Source: Octopus vulgaris
Lineage: Eukaryota
Reading direction: 5' to 3'
NCBI GenBank assembly: GCA_951406725.2
Contig: OX597816.1
Span: 18,538,001 to 18,602,000, forward strand
Length of the DNA stretch: 64,000 nucleotides
The translations under genes and the position numbers were made by a program. A model generated the notes under the pieces. It was not told where the DNA came from. It saw only the letters and a list, made by a program, of their open reading frames with translations, and did no database searches. Positions 56,626-64,000 of this stretch are shown piece by piece. The number at the start of each line of letters is the position of its first letter. Position 1 is the first letter of the stretch.

Positions 56626-57502
56626 TATATGTATAGTTCTGAATGTCTATTAGTTACCAATTGCTCTCTACTCCTGGTATTCATATGCGTTGAATCCTCT
56701 TATTTGGGTGGTATTCTCAGTCCAACTGTTCTGCTCTTTTTGTAGTTTTCTGTAATTCATATAGCATCCAATTCAGAAGGTCATCTGGTGCCCATTACAC
56801 TATTTTCTCCATTGATCTCTGATTTAAAAATTATAATTTGAATGTATGAAGACTACTCCGTCTGGTATTATGTATCGTTTGTACCTTTACGGAGCATGTA
56901 TTTTTCTTCATTTATTTTCGGCCTTCGATATCGAATAGTTTATATTATTTCTAATAAATATATATTTCTGTGGATTTTATGAAGTATATTTTGTAGCCGA
57001 TAAAATTTTGCTGCGTCAAATGCGATGTTGGCTCTCTCCACCTTACTCTCTTTCCAGTGAACACCTTATACTGGTAAACATTCTTCTTTAACAGGAGATG
57101 GGGAATTTTGTACATTATTTACATTATTCACAGTATTTACATTCGACGAATATTTGTCTTCATCTTGTTTGTTGTTAACACAACGTTTCCGCTAATATAC
57201 CCTCTAGCCTTCATAAGGAATCTTGGGGAAGTTTGAAACATCGCAAAGCTGTGACACGAGGAGATGTTGATAAATCGGGTATAGCTGATCATATATGGAA
57301 AAGTCCCCTGTGGGATGAAGTAATGATAACAGAAACACTACTGGAAAATACGAAAACTAAAAGAAGCAGCACATATGCTAGGACACAACGGCCTCCTAAG
57401 CAGACTGAGTACAGATATGAACAGCATATGGGAACCGGTATTAAGTAAGGATAGGAGAATATTAGATTTATAAGCCCTAAATTTTACTCCATAATTGCCC
57501 AC

Positions 57503-57573
57503 GGGCATATGGCGTAGTGCTTAAGAGTGCGGGCCACTAATCCCAAGATTCGGAGTGCGTTTCCAGGCAGTGA

Positions 57574-57577
<4 letters not shown>
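57503..57577 (+). other. Degenerate tRNA-like (Pol III A/B box) module inside the PLE 3' region
   Basis: tggcgtagtgcttaag (A-box-like), gagtgcgtttcc (degenerate B box), tRNA-like spacing. Confidence 0.55.
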
Positions 57578-57657
<80 letters not shown>

Positions 57658-57715
57658 CAACAACGACATCGAAAAGTACCTTAGGAATGAGAAGCCAGGT
57701 TCGAAATTTCCGCAA

Positions 57716-57761
57716 GACACCTGAAGAAGACTGCAGGGTATATCAGTCGAAACGTTGTGTT
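57716..57761 (+). ncRNA. Minimal type I hammerhead motif in the pLTR
   Basis: gacac-CTGAAGA-a-gactg-cagggtatat-cagtc-GAAA-cg-tt-gtgtt: stem I and stem II pair; stem III reduced to the palindromic AACGTT. Confidence 0.75.
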
Positions 57762-59161
57762 AACAACAAACAAGATGACTACAAATATCCGCCGAATATA
57801 AATAAGGAGTGAATTCATTTCTACGTTATTTTCGTACTTACAGTTTCATTAGATGTACAAAGGTAGGATGAGTGTATGTATTTCTTTAAATTTATTACCG
57901 ATTCGTTACCCTTGGATATGAAGAGGATTTTCGGTCGCTTTTGTATTGATTCTTGGTTTTTGAAAACCATTTTTAACTTGCTTTTTATCCCATCTCAAGA
58001 GTTATTGTTAAATATTGCAAACAGGAAATTCATGATCTGATTGTTAAGTGGTTCATAGCAGTGTTTCTCTTTTGCAGAGTCTGAGCGAATGCACGGCTGT
58101 TACAGAATCTCAATTTTCTAAAGCAGCAGCGCTCATTGTTCCGAGGAATCTCGTCTGTAATGACATTTTTTTTCTCTTTTCTTGGTGTTCGTTCGCATTT
58201 ACTGCATTTCTCTGTTTCGTCTTCTGTTTATGCGACATTGATTTTTGAATTCCATTTTACGTAATTCTTCATAAAATAATTTTAGGATGCCGTGAGGTTA
58301 TTGTTATTTCCAACCATTACTTTTTCTTTTTTCCCTACCGACGGCTTCTCTACGATTTACTACAGATCCCTTTGCTTCAGATACGTAGTTTTATGTGCTG
58401 TATTTCATTTTATATTTTATACTCCATTGTAGTTGCCATTTGTTTTATTCTCCAGTTATTTATTTTCTATCTTCTATGTTTCATTTCCCTGTTATTTTTC
58501 GATCGTTTGATATTTCTACGAGCAGATTTGACTGTTCCTATTTTCCATTGTAGCAACAATTCCTATTCCAACTGTTGTTTCACTATATTATTTCTTTTAA
58601 CCTAGGGATATTGATGTTCGTGTGTATTTTTATTAATTCTGAGGTAGACCAGTTTTACGCCTTTTTTGTTCTTGGCATTGCACCATTGAGTATATACTTC
58701 CGAAATACATTTGATTGTCTTGCAAGATCTATGATCTATTGATATTAGTCTTTAATTATCTCTACATTCAGCTTCTCATGTCTTTAGAATTTCTCTATAT
58801 TCCTTTTCATTCATACATTTGTTTGTATTGCTATGGCTTGTGTTTTCTTAGACGCATCTTATTACTGTTATGTTTGTTATTTTGTTGTCATTTTTGTTGT
58901 TTTTCTTTCGGCATGTTTCGGTTGTTTTCCGTAGTACCGTTTAGAATGGTATTTGTGACGAATTACTTGAGAGAAAAAAATACAATTGTTTTTCTACATA
59001 CACTAGGAACAAATAGGTTTTTGTGATTATGTGTATACCACTCCAATATACTGCGGTCAACAATGTGATATCTTAACATTTTTTTTTTACTGTAAATTTA
59101 TAAAGTTTACAAATTTCTTTCAAACTTCCAATTGGCCACATCAGGCTTAGTATAAAGATAA

Positions 59162-59369
59162 AGTTAATCCAAACATGAAAACACAAAGAGAAAACACAAC
59201 AACGCGAGGGCGTGGAACAAATATAGTATTATTGGGCGCTCAGGAAAGGAAAGAAAGATGGAGGATTTAACGTTTCGAGCGGAGCTCTTCGTCGGAAACA
59301 TAGAAAAAGGAAAGATCCAAGGAAAGGAAGACGGAGAAAAAAATCGCCAACGGTACACACGCGGTCACA
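59162..59369 (-). mobile_element. ~205-bp HHR-like element (copy 4)
   Basis: Minus 59299-59265: gttt-CCGACGA-a-gagc-tcc-gctc-GAAA-cg-tt-aaat. Confidence 0.8.
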
Positions 59370-60022
59370 TGTAACCCAGTACCTGTAGCGACGGTAAAGC
59401 ATCAAATAATCCTAATATCTTTAAATAAAGGAAGCCACTTTAAAATAGAAGTACAATTGGGTGACTATTTATAAGATAAATTCTCAGTCACAAACAGAAT
59501 ACAACTTTAAACAGTCAACCGAGTTAACGCCTGTTTGTTTTGCCTGGTAAGATGAATATGAGAATGTGAAAACTAGGCTCTTAAGAAGATTTATGGATTC
59601 TATTTGCGCTAGAATAGTTTGTGACCAAATATAGCATTAAGCATTTCCAAATCATGTATATATCCGAAGTATATGTGATTGCATAATGACAAAGCTGGAG
59701 GAAGGTCGATCGGTTCGATGTTCGGTTTTGAAGGCTTAGCTTCAGCATGCCTCATGATGTGCTCCAATCGAAATAATTTGCAATTGAATAGCAAATCCCT
59801 TTCTCCATCACTCACACCAGTCACAGAAGACTTGTGAAGATTTATAGGAATTGCCTTACATTGAGATTCAGATATGTAGACAGAGAACAAAAATACTCGT
59901 ATGTCATGTTTCAGGAAGAGAATTAGGTAAATATATATGGTTGTTCTATCACCTCTCTGCCAGCAAACTGGTGTCGCAGGAATGGGATCGTAGAAATATC
60001 TGTCTATCTATCTAGCCATCTA

Positions 60023-60054
<32 letters not shown>

Positions 60055-60064
60055 TCTATCTATA

Positions 60065-60138
<74 letters not shown>

Positions 60139-61579
60139 ACTAACTATCTATCTATCTATCTATCTATATACCTGCCTGTCTGTCTCTCTGTTTGTCTATC
60201 TGTCTCTCTATCTGTCTGTCTGTTTGCCTGTCTGTCTCTGTGTCTGCCTGTCTCTCTCTCTCTCTCTCTCTGTTTGATTATCCCTATGTATCTGACTAGC
60301 AGTCCATCTTGACCAATCTTATATTTAAAAATCTTAACTTGTTACCTTTGCAGTAACACTTTCAACCATATATGCTACAACTGGTACATTTTTTCTCACT
60401 TTTATTTCATAAGTCCGGACTGGACGAAGCTGATTAGAAGCAAGTGTTTTTTGTTATTTTAATTCTTCTAAAAGATTAAAAATTTCTCTTTATTTTATAG
60501 ACCATTTTCACCCAATTTGTCTATACACACACATCCGTACTCAAATATATATTTGCATACATACCCATGTTCCAACACCAGCTTCTTTTATGATATAATT
60601 CTTTCTGTGTGTATCTTTATATATACTTCTTGCCCCATCGCAAATACCCAACACAGATTCACATACTACACATTACACATCACCCTCTACTCCGCGCAGT
60701 GTGGCACCTCGGGTGCACCGATGAAAAGCTCCTTCCTTCTAGTGATATGCAAGCTATGTTCTACAGCGCGTATACTTCAATCGTAGCGGAAAAAATGACA
60801 GGTATAACCTAACGAAGTCAAGGAATCTTTTTTAATGTGTGTCTGCTATGTGGGCGTACGATATTTAATATTGCAATAAAAGTGTTGCAATCATGCAATA
60901 ATTAATTTATTCGATGAAATGGAAGCTAGAGTGAAAATAATTAGATAGTTTATTATTTGTGAGACACTGTGTATTCTAACGGCGTTCGCTCAATGGTAGC
61001 AAATGACATGGAACATATGCTGTTTTTCAAACGTAGTTACGAGGAATATTCAAATATTGACATTGAACAAGTTGAAAAATACGTTTAAAGCCTTTTTCAA
61101 TGCTGCAATTCAAACAAATAAATCGTGTTTGTATTAAGAAAAAAATCTTCAACTTTATCAACAAGATTAGCGATAATTTAAAATTGTAACAGAAGCAGAT
61201 ATTTGTCAATAACTTGCATGCAAATAAATATAGATTGGTGAAAAAGCTGCCTATATTTTTGTCACTCATAACGAACGGGCGAAATAAATATAACACCAAT
61301 GAAATTTTTAACAGAATATAAAATCATATTACGAGTCACTCAATCACGTTTTTTTCCCATCAGACAGCAATGAATACAAATATTTTTGAATTGAGGTAGG
61401 AGTTTTAATTAAACCCGAAGTTTCCTTAATTGATATAGTGTATTAAAATCCTACAGCTGTTCAGATTGGTTTATTTCAACACCGATATTGAATAAAGAAT
61501 TAAAATTATTAAATACCAATTATTGGAAATTGTTAATATGAAGTATGAAGGCTGACTAAAAGAGGCATTTTCTTGAAAT

Positions 61580-61900
61580 TATGCCACTATGAAGTTGTAT
61601 AATAATACGCCCTGTAATTATTATCGATAAAATGGTAATGATTTGATATGAAGGTGTTGAAAGAGCTTCACAGATCTGCATTTCTAAATTTGTTCTTTTG
61701 CGTAAAAATTGTTCTACATATTTGATGAAGCATTTTGAAAATAAAAAACCCGATTCAAAAAACAAAAATTCTCGCTCGATAAACACAAAATCTGTGTATT
61801 ACATTTAGTATTTCATGAAACATTTATGTTGGTGGTGGATCATAAAAAAACTATTGCACATTCATGGAGCAAATGGGTTAAAAATACCTATGTGTGCGTC
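61580..61900 (-). pseudogene. Decayed hAT (Charlie/Buster-like) transposase C-terminus
   Basis: NPF...FFESGFL...KRTNLEMQICEALSTPS...QLHS resembles LCESGFS...RNRL...ALS...Q.SH. Confidence 0.45.
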
Positions 61901-62329
61901 AAGTAAAATTACAATTATCCTTAAATGTAAATGCTAACTCTGGTAAATACTAGTAGTGATACATATTAACATTAAACCAGAAATACACAAAGCTTAAATA
62001 AATGTATGAACGTATTTTATTCCGAGTCGATAAATACAACACAACTTTAGGCCGAGAGAAATCAATACGTATTTGCTCCAGTTTTGATAAATTCGAATTA
62101 ATTTAATCAATTCACATTACTTTCCTCTCAAGTTGATAAAATTGATTTATATAAAATGCTACCTGATAGAAAATACTAAATTTCCCTGACTCATGTTATA
62201 TTGCTTATATGCATACAAGAAATGACACGAACAAAAATATATACCTACTTAGAGTTTGTTGACTTCTATTCCATACAACAACTATATAGTTAATACGAGC
62301 TGATCGAATAAACTTATATGAAATAAATC

Positions 62330-62491
62330 AGCAAGAGTGGCTGTGTGGTAAGTAGCTTGCTTACGAACCACATGGTTCCGAGTTCAGGCCCACTGCCTGG
62401 CACCTTGGGCAAGTGTCTTCTACTATAACCTCGGGCCGACCAAATCGTTGCGAGTGGATTTGGTAGACGGAAACTGAAAAAGGCCGTCGTA

Positions 62492-62542
<51 letters not shown>

Positions 62543-62780
62543 ATATATGTGTGTGTGTGTATGTATGTGTGCGTTTGTGTGTCTGTGTTTGTTCCCCACA
62601 ACATCGCTTGACAACAGATGCTGGTGCGTTTGCGCCCCCGTAATAACTTAGCGGTTCGGTAAAAGAGACCCGTAGAATAAGTACTAGGCTTCCAAAGAAT
62701 AAGTCATCGGGTCGATTTGCACGACTAAAGGCGATGCTCCAGCATGGCCGCAGTCAAATGACTACAACAAGTAAAAGAGT
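62330..62780 (+). mobile_element. SINE family B, near full length
   Basis: Matches 6873-7247. Confidence 0.92.
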
Positions 62781-62784
62781 ATAT

Positions 62785-63300
62785 GATACTCTGAACCTCC
62801 GCACGAGCACCAACGAAATACTCACTACATCGCCACCCGCCCTGCTAGAAATAGTAGCTAGATTTTTCTCTCAGAACGCATCCTACAATCAAACAAATAA
62901 CATATTTAAAGATGTAGATTACGATACACTATTGCAGGGTAAAATGACGCTATAGATAATGATGGAATGGCTTCCATCTTTGGAATGCTCATTCTGTGCT
63001 GAACAACAACACCAATAACTAGTGTCTGCATTACATCTTTAAAAATGCCAAATTCGATTTCGTGTTAAACATTGCACTGTTGATTATATTGCAGTTCAGT
63101 TTGATTACATCATACAATATGTTAGCACGTTTAATATAATCAAATCTGACAGTCTGGTCTAGAGAGAAAAAGCTTTTATATACATTCCAAAATGGAATCC
63201 ATGATATTTCAAAAGTGTACATGATATTAAATATGCATATCAATAACATCACTCCTACGCAAGTTGGAATCCAAATTTCTATGATAATTAGGCTTAGGTA
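62785..63300 (+). pseudogene. Possible decayed LINE pre-RT/RT fragment
   Basis: EIVARFFSQNASYN and NIALL...LARLI...EKKLLYTFQNG weakly echo RT N-terminal motifs. Confidence 0.35.
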
Positions 63301-63529
63301 AGAATACCAGCACAGTTGGATTAAAAGTAAATATGCCTTGCTTTCCTAGATAATCAGGAACGTCACAAATATTTAAGCTTGAATCATCTACACAATATTA
63401 CTTTCTTAGTGTGAGAACATATATATGTTAATCGTTTGTTATAAGTGTGTGATTACCTACCCTTCAACACGAAATACCCGTCCATTCAAAGACAGTTTAT
63501 TCACGCACACGCATCCATACATAAATGTA

Positions 63530-63600
<71 letters not shown>

Positions 63601-63645
63601 CCATCCATCTATCTATCTATCTATCTATGTATCTATGTATCTATG

Positions 63646-63697
<52 letters not shown>

Positions 63698-64000
63698 CAT
63701 CTGTCTGTCTGTCTGTCTGTCTTTCTTTCTGTATATGCCTGTTAGTCTATCTGTCTCTCTTCATATATATATAAAATAGAAAATGGGACAAGAATGCAAA
63801 ACATCCGGACAACCAGGTGATACTCAAAAGGGACAACAAAACATCCAGATAGATGATACAAAGAAAACAAGGACGGGTCATTCGAAGTCTTCTTTCCTCA
63901 GTCAAGAACCAGATTATCTTAGCAATTTCCGCTGATTATACTTGAGATTGCTCCAATCTAGCCAGTCCCAAGGAAAAACTAAACAAAGAGCTTTAGATTT

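Larger units (their letters stand above)
57081..57806 (+). mobile_element. 5'-truncated Penelope-like retroelement with inverted pLTR ends and a GIY-YIG C-terminal fragment
   Basis: KHRKAVTRGDVDKSGIADHIWK..PLWDEV, then frameshifted HYWKIRKLKEAAHMLGHNGLLSR...WEPVL; 57140-57240 is the reverse complement of ~57698-57800. Confidence 0.85.

Noticed and set aside
63780-64000. Minus-strand CTGAGGA-aagaagacttc-GAAT in a possible PLE-type terminus next to (TA)n
   Set aside because: GAAA is not intact, no stem I partner was found, and the element runs off the window

Overview
AT-rich eukaryotic intergenic or intronic DNA. The tRNA-derived SINEs and the extreme microsatellite load suggest a cephalopod, probably Octopus (inference). 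No host protein-coding gene, rRNA, intact tRNA or CRISPR array can be supported, and most ORFs in the track are translations of (TA)n, (TATC)n, (AAT)n, (ACT)n or (CTT)n repeats. The window is a transposon graveyard. It holds at least four tRNA-derived SINE types (many in TSD-bounded tandem multimers or with swapped modules) and LINE fragments of the CR1 (one with an uninterrupted ORF), Tx1/L1, RTE and R4/Dong types. DNA elements include three non-autonomous Helitrons, a decayed mariner, a mariner-type MITE, and piggyBac and hAT remnants. There is also a Penelope-like element (PLE) with inverted ends. The most interesting layer is a set of hammerhead-ribozyme (HHR) motifs in small non-coding elements: a complete type I HHR fold with a 23-bp stem I (49288-49372, minus strand) that is absent from the paralogous site of a local duplication, a minimal HHR downstream of a tRNA-like module inside the PLE, and four copies of a ~205-bp element carrying a variant HHR core. 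All calls were made by eye, with no alignment or folding software, so coordinates may be off by a few bases.
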